A stretch of DNA of 64,000 bases from an uncultured Chroococcidiopsis sp. (GCA_964248365.1 CAXTYC010000007.1:28552-92551); one strand, 5' to 3'; numbered from the stretch's first letter, positions 1 to 10,157 are shown. Notes: a model not told the origin generated them from the sequence alone. Made by a program: numbers and translations.

Positions 1-3000
1 TTAACTAATTGGCTTGCAATGCTATTGCTAACAAATGGAGGATCATTGACATTGGTAACATTAAGCTCAAAAGTATCGTTAGCTGGCAGACCAGAAGGAT
101 CAGTTGCGGTTACTCGGATAACTAACGGAATATCAACATCGTCATTCGTTGGAGTGCCACTGAATGTGCGATTGGTCGGATCAAAAGTTAGCCACTTTGG
201 TAGCGGATTGCCATCTGCAAGTGCGGCAGTGTAAGTAAGCTGGTTTCCATCTACATCGATGAAGGTGTTTGATGGCACTTGGAAGTTGAAAACTGCGTCT
301 TCTGGAGTAGTTTTATTACCGATACGAGTCACAAGCTCAGGAGCGTCGTTTACTGCTTTGACTTGAATAGTCCTGGTTACTTGGGTACTTGTAGCACCAT
401 CCCCATCATTCAGCTTAAAGCCTACAGTACGAATGTCTTCTGATGGATTATCAGAAGTATTGTAGTAGGTAATGTTTCGCAGCAATGCTGTAGCGGCTTG
501 CGGGGTAGCATTGTCGCTGTTGAAAGTGATGACAAGCGGTGAAGAGTTAGTGCCACCTGTAAAGGTACCAATTTTTGTTCCTTGGTAGCTAATGTCACTG
601 CCAGAAACACTAATTTGATTAGCAGCAGTGCCTTGGTTACGAATCCCTAGTACGTCTCCTGCATGACCGTTCTGGGTGAATTCCACCGTGAGAGTGCCAT
701 TGTTGAAGTTAGCAGAATCAGCATCAGTCACAGTCGCCGTGCTATTAATTACTGTGGCTAGATCATTTTCGGTGTAGTTTAGCGCTTGAGTGGGTAAGTT
801 GGTAATGATGGGAGCATCGTTTACTGCTGTGACATTAATAGTCTTGGTTACTGCCTTACTTGTACCACCAACATTCCCATCATTCAGCTCAAAGCTTACA
901 GTGCGGGGGTCAATTGACGGATTATCAGAAGTATTGTAGTAGGTAATGTTTTGCAGCAATGCTGTAGCAGCTGTTGGGGTAGCATTGCTATTGAAATTAA
1001 TGACAAGATCTTGGGAGTTAGTACCGCCTGTAAAGGTAGCAATTGTTTGGCTTCCGTAGCTAATGTTATTGCCAGAAACACTAATTTGACCACCAGCGCC
1101 TTGGTTACGAATTCCTAGTATGTCTCCTGTAGAACCGTTCTGGGTGAATTTCACCGTGAGAGTGCCACCGCTGAAGTTAGGAGAATCAGGATCACTCACA
1201 GTTGCTCCACTATCAATTACTTTGGCTGAATCATTTTCGGTGTAGCTTAGCGCTCCAGCAGATAAGCCCAGACTGGGAGGATCGTTTACTGGTGTGACAT
1301 TAATAGTCTTGGTTACAGGTGCGCTTGTTGTAACACCATCCCTATCAGTTAGCACAAAGCTTACAGTGCGGGGAGCGGCTGATGGATCGTCAGAAGTATT
1401 GTAGTAGGTAATGTTTCGCAGCAATGCTTGTGCGGCTGCTGGGGTAGCATAGCCACTATTGAAATTAATGACAAGATCTTGGGAGTTAGCACCACCTGAA
1501 AAGGTAGCAATTCCTACGTTTCCGTACTTAATGCTATTGCCAGAAACACTAATTTGACCATCAGCAGTGCCTTGGTTACGAATCCCTAGTACGTCTGCTA
1601 CAGAACCACCTGCGTCAAATTTCACTGTGAGTTTGCCACTGTTGAAGTTAATAGAGTCAGGATCACTCACAGTTGCTCCACTATCAATTACTGTGGCTGG
1701 GGAATTTTCGGTGTAGCTTAGCGCATTACTAGGTAAGCTGAGAATGGGAGGATCGTTTACTGGTGTAACATTAATAGTCCTGGTTACTGCCTGACTTGTG
1801 CCACCTACGCCGCCATCATTCAGCACAAAGCTTACAGTGCGGGGATCGGCTGATGGATTGTCAGAAGTATTCTCGTAGGTAATGTTTTGCAGCAATGCTG
1901 TAGCGGCTGCTGGGGTAGCATTGCTGTTGAAAGTGATGACAAGCGGTTCGAAGTTAGTACCACCTGTAAAGGAACCAATTATTGCGTTTTCGTAGCTAAT
2001 GTCGCTGCCAGAAACGTTAATTTGACCAGTACCAGTGCCTTGGTTACGAATCCCTAGTACGTCTCCAGCATCAGCACTGTCGTTGGTAAATTGCACCGTG
2101 AGATTGCCATTGTTGAAGTTAGCAGAATCAGGATCACTCACAGTTGCCGTGCTATCAACAATTAGTGTGGCTGGATCATTTTCGGTGTAGTTCAGCGCTT
2201 GAGTGGGTGAGTAGGCAATGCTGGGAGCATCGTTTACTGCTGCAACATTAATAGTCTTGGTTACTTCATTACTTGTACCACCAGTTCCATCAGTCAGCTG
2301 GATACTGACAGTGCGGGCGAGAGTTGATGGATTATCAGAAGTATTGTAGTAGGTAATGTTTCGCAGCAATGCTCCTGCAGCTTGCGGGGTAGCTTTGTCG
2401 TTGAAAGTGATGACAAGATCTTGGGAGTTAATGCCACCTGCAAAGGAACCAATTTTTGTTCCTTGGTAGCTAATGTCACTGCTAGAAACACTAATTTGAC
2501 CAGTAGCAGTGCCTTGGTTACGAATCCCTAGTACGTCTTCATTAGCACCATTCTGGGTGAATTTTACCGTGAGAGTGCCAGTGTTGAAGTTAGTAGAGTC
2601 AGCATCAGTCACAGTCGCCGTGCTGTTAATCGGTGTGGCAAGAGCATTTTCGGTGTAGCTGATTGTATCACCAGGCAAGTCAATTACTGGTGATTGAAAT
2701 TCGTAAGCTCCAATGTCAATATGTTTACCTGTGATCCGAGTAAAGTTTTGCTGTCGCTGGTCAAGATCAGTGGCACTCACACCTGTGTCGTCACCTGCAT
2801 CAATAGCAGGACTACCAGCAAGCAGCGCATGAGTCGGGGTAGTACCGCCATTATTTTGCAAAGGACCAAGTTTAGGGTCAATCTTACTACTGCTTGTGCC
2901 AACTATGTCACCAGTGACATTATTTGTAAAGCCACTACCACCAGTGGCGTCACCAATCAGATTATTTCCCTGGCTAGTGAAGGTTCCTTGAATATCAGGA

Positions 3001-4475
3001 TCGCTGGCTGAGTCTGTATTTCCGGCGATGATTGTGTTTTTTACATTGACTGTGCCAGATTGATTATAGATACCACCAGCATTGCTAGTAGCTGTATTGT
3101 TTGTGATGGTCGCATTCGTCAAATTCGTTGTGCCGGATTGATAAATACCGCTGGCGTAAGAAGCTTGGTTGCCGGATATAGTGCTATCGGTGACGTTCAA
3201 CGTACCACTGCTATAGATACCGCCGCCATAATAAGAAGCCGCCTGATTGCCGGATATAGTGCTATCGGTGACGTTCAACGTACCATTATAGTTAGTAATA
3301 CCGCCACCGCCGTTGCCTCCCATGAAGAAGCCGCCACCACCACTCACCTGATTATTAGAGATAACGCTGTTGTTAACGTTTAGAGTACCAGTGCTATAGT
3401 AGAGTATACCGCCGCCACCAGGGTTGAGGATGTCATTAGCATTGCCATCTGCAATAGTCAAGCCATCGAGGGTGACATTGAGAGGAGTGTTAATGGAACC
3501 AGTAATGTTAAAGACGCGAGAAGTATTCCTACCGCTGATGGTGAGGTTGTTTGCCCCAGTGCCTTCAATGGTGAGGTCGTTAGTAATTTTCAGTTCCCCA
3601 GATGTGAGGGCGATTTTTTTTGGGGCTTGCGGGTTGCCAAAAACATTATTATCGAAAACAATCGTGTCAGATCCTGGTGTGTTATTGGCTTGAGTGATGG
3701 CATCTCGCAACGAGCCAGCCCCATTATCATTAGTATTAGTGACTGTGAAGGTTTGTCCCTGGGGCCCTAATACCTGCTTGTAAGCAGGTACAGAAATTTC
3801 TGGTGCGTCGATTTTTCCAGTCTCAAACTCTAGATTCCAGTCGCCGCCTAATCGTGCATTACCAGTTAAGTCAGTGGAAGCTGCTACATTTGCTCCGGTT
3901 AGTTGGCTCAGTTTTTCGACAAATGTTTTGCCCTTTTCACCTTCCGCCACATCGCAACCATACAACAGAATATCGCCACCTGGCTTCAAGGCTCCTCGCC
4001 AATGCTGTATTTCGTTAGCATAGTCTTTGAGGTTGTCAAGTCCCAGCTTTGTCCCACCTAGCTGCAAACTTCCTTCAGCGCCGTGCGAGATAATATGAAG
4101 GCTCGATATGCCAGTCCTACCAGCTAGGTATTTTCCAATCTGCTCGACCTCATTGCGAGCCGGATCAAGCATTGCAACTTCGGTTCCTGGTTTTAGCCCA
4201 GCAATAAGGGTTTGATAGTCTTTGATCCCAGCGTCAATAAATACAATACCGTTATTTGGTTGTTTAATTGCATTAGCTGCCTGAGAGTAAGAGTTGAAAT
4301 CCCAACTGTAAGCATTTGAACTTGAGCTACCTTTGATTCCCCAGTTAGCCTGCAAACCATCATCCAATGGGTTGGTTAGTGGTTTTTGGCTATTAACAAT
4401 AGGGTCAACAAGAGGCTGCTTCTTCCCAGAAGGCAGTAAGTTGTCTAAACCGTTTGACTGTGAAAAATCTACCAT
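1..4475 (-). CDS. Giant secreted adhesin-like protein (DUF4347 + beta-helix repeats + 5 tandem ~157-aa repeats + Ig/cadherin-like domain); 3' end lies outside the window
   Basis: ATG at 4475. Manual minus-strand translation gives IVFIDAGIKDYQTL...LHIISHG...DILLYGCDVA...GGDWNLE (DUF4347), FTVTNTNDNGAGSLRDAI, GGGIYSSGTLNVTDSTISGNQA repeats, and DTFELNVTNVNDPP at the window edge in the same frame. Absent from the ORF track, consistent with having no stop codon in the window. Confidence 0.88.
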   Translation of the reverse strand, partial: MVDFSQSNGLDNLLPSGKKQPLVDPIVNSQKPLTNPLDDGLQANWGIKGSSSSNAYSWDFNSYSQAANAIKQPNNGIVFIDAGIKDYQTLIAGLKPGTEVAMLDPARNEVEQIGKYLAGRTGISSLHIISHGAEGSLQLGGTKLGLDNLKDYANEIQHWRGALKPGGDILLYGCDVAEGEKGKTFVEKLSQLTGANVAASTDLTGNARLGGDWNLEFETGKIDAPEISVPAYKQVLGPQGQTFTVTNTNDNGAGSLRDAITQANNTPGSDTIVFDNNVFGNPQAPKKIALTSGELKITNDLTIEGTGANNLTISGRNTSRVFNITGSINTPLNVTLDGLTIADGNANDILNPGGGGILYYSTGTLNVNNSVISNNQVSGGGGFFMGGNGGGGITNYNGTLNVTDSTISGNQAASYYGGGIYSSGTLNVTDSTISGNQASYASGIYQSGTTNLTNATITNNTATSNAGGIYNQSGTVNVKNTIIAGNTDSASDPDIQGTFTSQGNNLIGDATGGSGFTNNVTGDIVGTSSSKIDPKLGPLQNNGGTTPTHALLAGSPAIDAGDDTGVSATDLDQRQQNFTRITGKHIDIGAYEFQSPVIDLPGDTISYTENALATPINSTATVTDADSTNFNTGTLTVKFTQNGANEDVLGIRNQGTATGQISVSSSDISYQGTKIGSFAGGINSQDLVITFNDKATPQAAGALLRNITYYNTSDNPSTLARTVSIQLTDGTGGTSNEVTKTINVAAVNDAPSIAYSPTQALNYTENDPATLIVDSTATVSDPDSANFNNGNLTVQFTNDSADAGDVLGIRNQGTGTGQINVSGSDISYENAIIGSFTGGTNFEPLVITFNSNATPAAATALLQNITYENTSDNPSADPRTVSFVLNDGGVGGTSQAVTRTINVTPVNDPPILSLPSNALSYTENSPATVIDSGATVSDPDSINFNSGKLTVKFDAGGSVADVLGIRNQGTADGQISVSGNSIKYGNVGIATFSGGANSQDLVINFNSGYATPAAAQALLRNITYYNTSDDPSAAPRTVSFVLTDRDGVTTSAPVTKTINVTPVNDPPSLGLSAGALSYTENDSAKVIDSGATVSDPDSPNFSGGTLTVKFTQNGSTGDILGIRNQGAGGQISVSGNNISYGSQTIATFTGGTNSQDLVINFNSNATPTAATALLQNITYYNTSDNPSIDPRTVSFELNDGNVGGTSKAVTKTINVTAVNDAPIITNLPTQALNYTENDLATVINSTATVTDADSANFNNGTLTVEFTQNGHAGDVLGIRNQGTAANQISVSGSDISYQGTKIGTFTGGTNSSPLVITFNSDNATPQAATALLRNITYYNTSDNPSEDIRTVGFKLNDGDGATSTQVTRTIQVKAVNDAPELVTRIGNKTTPEDAVFNFQVPSNTFIDVDGNQLTYTAALADGNPLPKWLTFDPTNRTFSGTPTNDDVDIPLVIRVTATDPSGLPANDTFELNVTNVNDPPFVSNSIASQLV
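350..2690 (-). repeat. Five intragenic tandem repeats of ~468-474 bp (~156-158 aa)
   Basis: Marker CCTTGGTTACGAAT(C/T)CCTAGTA recurs at ~631, 1099, 1570, 2038 and 2512. Confidence 0.92.
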
Positions 4476-4952
4476 ACGTTATCCTTCGTTACAACAGTTC
4501 TGTACAAATAAGATAAATTTGCTGATATAGGTGACAAGCAAGCTAGAAGCTTAATTGAACAAGATGGCACTATAAACCAGCAAAAAAATTGGCAGCAAAA
4601 AACAGCCAGAAGTCATCTGGTTTAACGATGTAACCGAACTTTTGACAATTGACAAATAGTGTCTTATTGGCACTATTTATCTTCCTTGGCGAAGTTAAAG
4701 CTTTGCCTAGGCTCAAAGTCTTATCACTTGAAATTTACCTGTTTAAAGTTAACCTAAAGTAACCTTGTGCCTGTAAGCAGAATTACGGAAATTTATGAAC
4801 TACTTGTAAAGTCAGTTCGTACTAACACTGAAAAAGCTGTTGAATAGCCTAGAGGGTGTTAAGCTGATGTGCGTACAATTAGGCTCCTACCATTGGTGCG
4901 TTAGGGCAAAGGTGAATACACCCTACCTTTGGTGCTATTTTACTATTAATAT

Positions 4953-4999
4953 AAGGCGACACCCAGATTCGAACTGGGGGATAAAGGTTTTACAGACCT
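4953..4999 (-). repeat. Displaced 3' half of tRNA-Cys; distal att site of element A
   Basis: 47-bp direct repeat of 17555-17601 with one mismatch (anticodon GCA changed to GTA). Confidence 0.95.
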
Positions 5000-5046
5000 T
5001 TAAAAATTGTTGTTTTACAAGTGCTTTAGCTTTTAGTAAACTAATT

Positions 5047-5066
5047 TACCCCAAACTTACCCCAAA
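5047..5066. promoter_or_regulatory. Putative integrase arm-type sites (TTACCCCAA x2) at the distal end of element A
   Basis: The same motif occurs three times in tandem at ~17418-17450, at the other end of the element. Confidence 0.65.
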
Positions 5067-5339
5067 ACTGGAAGTTTACTGATTAGGGGAGGATTGTTGA
5101 GTGCATTGACGGCAATCACCCTTAACATTGGATTTTTTTCTTTGGGAAAGCCCTAATATCACGCTTGCGAACTACAAAGTGACAGGCATTTATAAGAACC
5201 GCTCGTTTCTTATAAATTGATTTAGTTCCTAAGTTACCTAAAATTTATTTATGTAATTTTTCTATAAACATTGCTAGAAATCCATGACAAGCTACCCAAT
5301 AATTGCTGAGATTAGTTACCTAATTGAATTATGTAACTA

Positions 5340-6045
5340 ATGGGGAAGCAAGTGGTTAAAGCAATCGGCTATATAAGGGTTTCGACAGAAGAACAAGCTA
5401 ACAGTGGCGTGTCACTAGATGCACAAAAAGCCAAGCTAGAGGCTTATGCCGCGCTGTATGACATTGAGCTAGTAGGCATTGAAGTTGACGCTGGGGTAAG
5501 CGCAAAAACATTAAATCGTCCTGGGCTGCAATCTGCCAAGCGCACGGTTGGATAGCGGGGAAGCTGGGGCGCTAATCGTGGTGAAACTCGATCGCCTTAC
5601 CCGCCGCGTTGCTGACTTGGATACCCTAATCGAGCATTATTTTGGGCAAAAATTCACTCTGATGTCAGTTTCCGAGCAGATCGACACTTCTAGCGCAGCT
5701 GGTCGGCTAGTGCTAAACGTCCTAACCAGTGTTACTCAATGGGAAAGGGAAACTACCAGCGAACGCACTAAAACCGCCTTAGCGCATAAGAAAGCACAAG
5801 GGGAACACGTTGGCTCGGCTGGTTTTGGTTATACGCTTGTAGATAAGAAGTTACAGAAAGTTACCCAGGAATATCAAACCATTGCCATAATTGGGCAGAT
5901 GAAAAAAGCTGGACATACCCTGCAAGCGATCGCCGATCGTCTCAATGCCGAGGGGTATCAAACCCAGCGGGGTGGCAAGTGGTATCCGATGACTATTTCC
6001 AATGTCCTAAAAGGCGAAAAATCAACCTATGACGAGACAGGGTGA
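5340..6045 (+). pseudogene. Serine recombinase (resolvase catalytic domain + recombinase DNA-binding domain), frameshifted near 5540
   Basis: YIRVSTEEQ catalytic Ser motif and RPGLQ in 5340-5555; VVKLDRLTR, ERETTSERT and IADRLNAEG...GGKW in 5548-6045, in the +1 frame. Confidence 0.85.
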
Positions 6046-6268
6046 ACTAGCAGAACTGCGATCGCTTTTTGGGCGAAAGGCAGTTGATGAAGCGATAGCA
6101 AGTTGCGATGAAGCAAAAGCCTGGGGGGTGCAACACGCCTATGATGTTGCACAAGCATCAAGTAAGTTACAGACAATGTTACATAAGCTGCAAGAAGCTT
6201 GTGCCTATGCCCAGAGCCTAGAACCGCAACTAAGAGCAGCCTTAATCATTGCTATTCTAGAAGCTTGA
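6029..6268 (+). CDS. Hypothetical protein (element A)
   Basis: 79-aa ORF overlapping the recombinase stop codon, in operon-like arrangement. Confidence 0.6.
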   Translation: MTRQGELAELRSLFGRKAVDEAIASCDEAKAWGVQHAYDVAQASSKLQTMLHKLQEACAYAQSLEPQLRAALIIAILEA

Positions 6269-6365
6269 GTTACAGAAATCTTTATGTAATATTTATCGCT
6301 ATTTCATTATTAGTTACCTATAAGTTACCTATGATATTAGTTACATAAGCTATTAGGTAACAAGC

Positions 6366-7024
6366 ATGAGAAAGTCAAATTTACCAACAATTTTGGACAA
6401 TAACGAATATTTAGAAGTTACTAGCGGCAAAATGCTCAAGCTGGGTAGTGCTAAATTCTTTGAATGGCTAGATAACCTTGATAATCGCTCATTTAGATTT
6501 ATTGCTGGTATGGCTGGCAATCAATCTTTCACCGCACGTAAGGAAGCTAGTAAAGGGAGAGAGGGTGACTATTGGTATGGATATCGCAGGGTTGAGGGCA
6601 AGTTACGCAAACGCTACATAGGTAAAGCAGAAGATGTAACCCAAGAGCGGCTAAAAGATGTTGCAGCAGCACTTGAATCGCCTCCAGAGCCTCGCAAAAA
6701 AGCAGCTAAAACCGATGAAGTTACAGAAGAAGTATCTGTAACTCATGCACTAGAAATAGCACGTCTTATGGCAGAAATTCAGCGATTACAAAATGAGTTA
6801 GGCGATACCCAATCTCAACTAGAGGTAGCACTGGGGGAGTGCAACGCTTGAGAGACAAGGCTGCATCTTTCAAGCAGAAATCCCAACAGCTGCCAGATTT
6901 AGAAGCTATACGTGATCGCATTCTTTACGGACTGAAGCTAGGTAAGCAAGCACCGGAATATAAGCGTACTAAGGCAACAATAGATAAATTTATAGGTGAA
7001 GTGCGATTGCGTTTAACAAAGTAA
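6366..7024 (+). CDS. Putative DNA-binding protein (FTARKE...YWYGYRR...KRYIGK domain + coiled coil); probably one gene with a -1 frameshift at ~6836
   Basis: ORFs 6366-6851 and 6839-7024 overlap. Restoring one base at CTGGGGGAGTG gives L-G-E-V-Q-R-L-R-D-K. The N-terminal motif resembles the DUF6788-like / LuxR-MalT N-terminal DNA-binding module (by recall). Confidence 0.6.
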
Positions 7025-7420
7025 CCATCCCCAGTTTCTAAAACTGGTCATTGTTTTGTGTATCATTGCTTACTTAAGCCAATTACTAGTGCTGTGAACA
7101 CTCTTTACTAGTGCAAATTAGGGAACAGCCCTTAGTAAATTCCTTTAGCATAAACGCATTTAGTTATTTTCTCGGATTACATCAAACCTCAAGCGCGATT
7201 ACGCTTTAGGACACAATAGAGCGTGAGCTACATCAAATGAATATTAAAAAACCACTAGTAATGAACAAATCAGAAATTGGCAAAGCTCATTAGTGAACCA
7301 TAGCTGAAAACAGGGCTGGTGCAAGAAATTTTTGCGATTTCGTTGGGGGACACTTATCTCCCAGCAGTTAGCTGTGAGAATAACCGCTTCATAAACCTAA
7401 AACACTTTTAAGGCTATATC

Positions 7421-9043
7421 ATGACTCAACAAAAAAATCTGGAACTAGCTAAGCAGGGTAATCCGCAAGCGATCGCAGACCTAATGAATCGTTCTTTACA
7501 ACCCAAAGGTATCACTGTATCAGCGAGTTTCACAGATGGTTGTTTACAGATATTGCTGGAGTCAGATCGGATTCTAAATCAGCAGAACTTAGTGACGTTT
7601 CTTTATAAAGAATTAATGAATTTAGGGGCTGAAGCTATCAAAGTGGTGCAAGTTTACGGGCAACGGACAGGTGAAGATTTTCCCGATTGGACTCAAGAGC
7701 TTGAACTAGGAGCAATAAAGCCACCATTACTAGAGATAAAAACAACGGTTCAATCTTTCATCCCTAACAATTTTGAAGCATACGAGGAGCCTGGGCTCCA
7801 AGAAAAAGTTAGACAAGGGGATGTAAATGCTATTACAACACTACTAAACCGTACTTTAGAACACAGGGGTATTACTGCCAAAGCAAATTTACAGAATGAC
7901 TGTTTAAAACTCATTTTAGAGTCAGCACAGGTTCCAGATGAAAAAGTTTCAATAACACTTATCCGCCGAGAGTTGATCGGCCTAAGAGTAGAATACATCA
8001 AAACTGTGAATGTTTACGGGCGAGAAATAGGAGAGGATTTTCCCGCTTGGACTCAAGAGTTTGAGCTTGCCACCCCAGGCAATTCAGCCTTGGTAGCAGC
8101 GGTGGAACAGCGGTCGAAGCGCTCAGAGTTTTTAGCAACTTTGCAGACTTTCAAGTTTTCCTCTGTTGTCCCCTACAAGCAAGCTCTCAGTGCCGAATTG
8201 TACAACAGTAATACTGCGAGGCTTCTGCTATTTTTTGGTCTGTTTCCTCTAGCGGTGAGGTTGCTTGTTGGCAATGCGGGATTGGAGTATACAGCTTGGA
8301 TCTTGGGAATTTACTATTCCTCAATCTGGGGAGTTGTACTGTATAACCTGATCAAGCCCGCACAGTTTTCTTGGGGGAACACGCTCAAATGTGTCCTGTT
8401 TACTGCATTTGTCGGCATCCCACTACTGCTGTTTATTTCCAAAATTCCCCCGTTTAGTGTTCTCAACGCTGCAACTCAGGAGTCAGGGCTAACACGGGTT
8501 ATTGGCTTTGTGCTAGGGGTAGGTGTACTGGAGGAATTGTGTAAGGCTTTACCAGTTTACCTATTTCTACTACGTCCAGCTAAATTGAGTGAGCCACTAA
8601 CTTCAGCCTTCTATGGGGTAATGTCGGGACTAGGGTTTGCAATCAACGAAGGGGCTTTGTACTCGCTACGAGTGTATGCTCCTAGTTTGATAACCAATCT
8701 TGTAGAAGGGGAAATCGATCGCGGATTCGGCTCTTATGTTCTTTCAAATACCATCCGGTTTGTCTCCTTACCACTGAATCATGCTATCTGGGCAGGCATT
8801 GTTGGTTACTTTTTGGGGTTAGCAGCGATTAACCCGTCTCGAAAGGCTCCAATTATCTTCATTGGTGTTGCAATCTCAGCTGTGCTACATGGTTTCCACG
8901 ATACTTTCTCTGATAATTTGCTTTGTCTTGCTATTGACGCATTTTCTATTTTGCTGTTTGTCGCCTACTTGCGCCGCAGCAAATGGATGGTAGAGGAAAT
9001 GCAACAAGCAGAGTTAGATTACAAAATTTCAAATTCTAGATAG
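7421..9043 (+). CDS. PrsW-family intramembrane metalloprotease with two copies of an N-terminal cytosolic domain
   Basis: Multiple TM helices with EELCK, FAINE, H and HGFHD motifs; N-terminal repeats KQGNPQAIADLMNRSLQPKGIT and RQGDVNAITTLLNRTLEHRGIT. Confidence 0.85.
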   Translation: MTQQKNLELAKQGNPQAIADLMNRSLQPKGITVSASFTDGCLQILLESDRILNQQNLVTFLYKELMNLGAEAIKVVQVYGQRTGEDFPDWTQELELGAIKPPLLEIKTTVQSFIPNNFEAYEEPGLQEKVRQGDVNAITTLLNRTLEHRGITAKANLQNDCLKLILESAQVPDEKVSITLIRRELIGLRVEYIKTVNVYGREIGEDFPAWTQEFELATPGNSALVAAVEQRSKRSEFLATLQTFKFSSVVPYKQALSAELYNSNTARLLLFFGLFPLAVRLLVGNAGLEYTAWILGIYYSSIWGVVLYNLIKPAQFSWGNTLKCVLFTAFVGIPLLLFISKIPPFSVLNAATQESGLTRVIGFVLGVGVLEELCKALPVYLFLLRPAKLSEPLTSAFYGVMSGLGFAINEGALYSLRVYAPSLITNLVEGEIDRGFGSYVLSNTIRFVSLPLNHAIWAGIVGYFLGLAAINPSRKAPIIFIGVAISAVLHGFHDTFSDNLLCLAIDAFSILLFVAYLRRSKWMVEEMQQAELDYKISNSR

Positions 9044-9170
9044 CTTCATAGAATCAATTAAACAGAATCTATATAGGGAAAATCATATTTTTACATCTAA
9101 ATAGTAACTGTTACTTCTATGAAAGTTATTGACTCTTTTGTCTAGTCAATTAATTAATATTAATATAAAT

Positions 9171-10157
9171 ATGCTACAATCTGATTTTTTAGAAGTTATA
9201 AAACAGGGTAGAATAGAGGCTATTTCTACCGTAATAAACCAAGAGTTACAGCCCAAAAAAATTATTGCGAAAGTAAAATTAAATGATAGTTGCTTACAAA
9301 TAATTCTGGAATCATCTCAAGCTCCAGAGCAAAAAGCGGCAGTCGCTATCATCACTAAAATAATGATACATTTAGAAATTACATTTATTAATACTGTAAA
9401 ACTTTATGGACGTAAAACAGGAGATAAATTTCTAGCTTGGCGTCAAGAAATAGAAATTTTAAGTAGCAATATTTCTCAATTAGAAAAAAACTCTTCTCAA
9501 TCTAGTACAAGTAAAATTGAAGCTACGCCTGAGAAGGTTTCACAGTTCCCTGCTCAACTACCAAGTAAAACTAACCATCTCAAAACTAATCGAGATTTGC
9601 AAAAAACTGTAATTATGGGTACTTTTATTGCAAGTGGTATGATCTGCGCATCTGTAGTTGTCGGTTTTTTCTTGAGCAAATCTACACAACTATCTCCAAA
9701 ATCACCATTAGTTCAGCAATCTCTTGTTCCAGAGCATTCTTCAAATCCTTCTATTCCTCAACTACAGGCTTCAGAAGAAACTGTACAAAATCAAAATATT
9801 AGTGGTAAATGGGTAGGTGTATTAAGCCAATCAGCTGGTGGAGTTGCAAGCAAATACAAGTATGAAATGCTTTTGTCTCAAAATGGACAAAGTGTAGAAG
9901 GAATTACCAGAGAAGAGATAGTAGAAAACCCCCAAATTTATGGAGTAATACGAGTACGTGGCTCAACATCTGGTAATGTGTTTCGTTTTGAAGATGTTGG
10001 AGTTGTTGAAACAAGTATACCAGGATCTATATGGTGCATAAAAAATGGAACTCTACAATATACTTTCTCTGGAGGTGTTGAGTCTTTAAGTGGAGCTTGG
10101 AAAGGTCGTGATAATTGCCCACCAGGAGAAATTTACTTAGAGAAGCAAGCTAACTAA
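9171..10157 (+). CDS. Single-pass membrane protein sharing the N-terminal domain of the PrsW gene; C-terminal beta-rich domain with two Cys
   Basis: KQGRIEAISTVINQELQPKKI domain, one TM segment (VIMGTFIASGMICASVVVGFFL), then SGKWVG...LSGAWKG. AT-rich gene. Confidence 0.8.
   Translation: MLQSDFLEVIKQGRIEAISTVINQELQPKKIIAKVKLNDSCLQIILESSQAPEQKAAVAIITKIMIHLEITFINTVKLYGRKTGDKFLAWRQEIEILSSNISQLEKNSSQSSTSKIEATPEKVSQFPAQLPSKTNHLKTNRDLQKTVIMGTFIASGMICASVVVGFFLSKSTQLSPKSPLVQQSLVPEHSSNPSIPQLQASEETVQNQNISGKWVGVLSQSAGGVASKYKYEMLLSQNGQSVEGITREEIVENPQIYGVIRVRGSTSGNVFRFEDVGVVETSIPGSIWCIKNGTLQYTFSGGVESLSGAWKGRDNCPPGEIYLEKQAN

Noticed and set aside
350..2690. CRISPR array or diversity-generating retroelement
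   Set aside because: Units are ~470-bp coding repeats without unique spacers; no reverse transcriptase or cas operon is present in the window.
19..4530. Short ORFs listed over the first 4.5 kb
   Set aside because: Antisense or off-frame shadows of the large minus-strand adhesin gene; they repeat with its repeat period.
4953..4999. Possible tRNA-Tyr (GTA)
   Set aside because: Lacks the D-arm and 5' acceptor strand; it is a mutated att copy of tRNA-Cys.
4840..5082. 80-aa ORF
   Set aside because: Spans the tRNA fragment and arm-site repeats; no protein-like signal.
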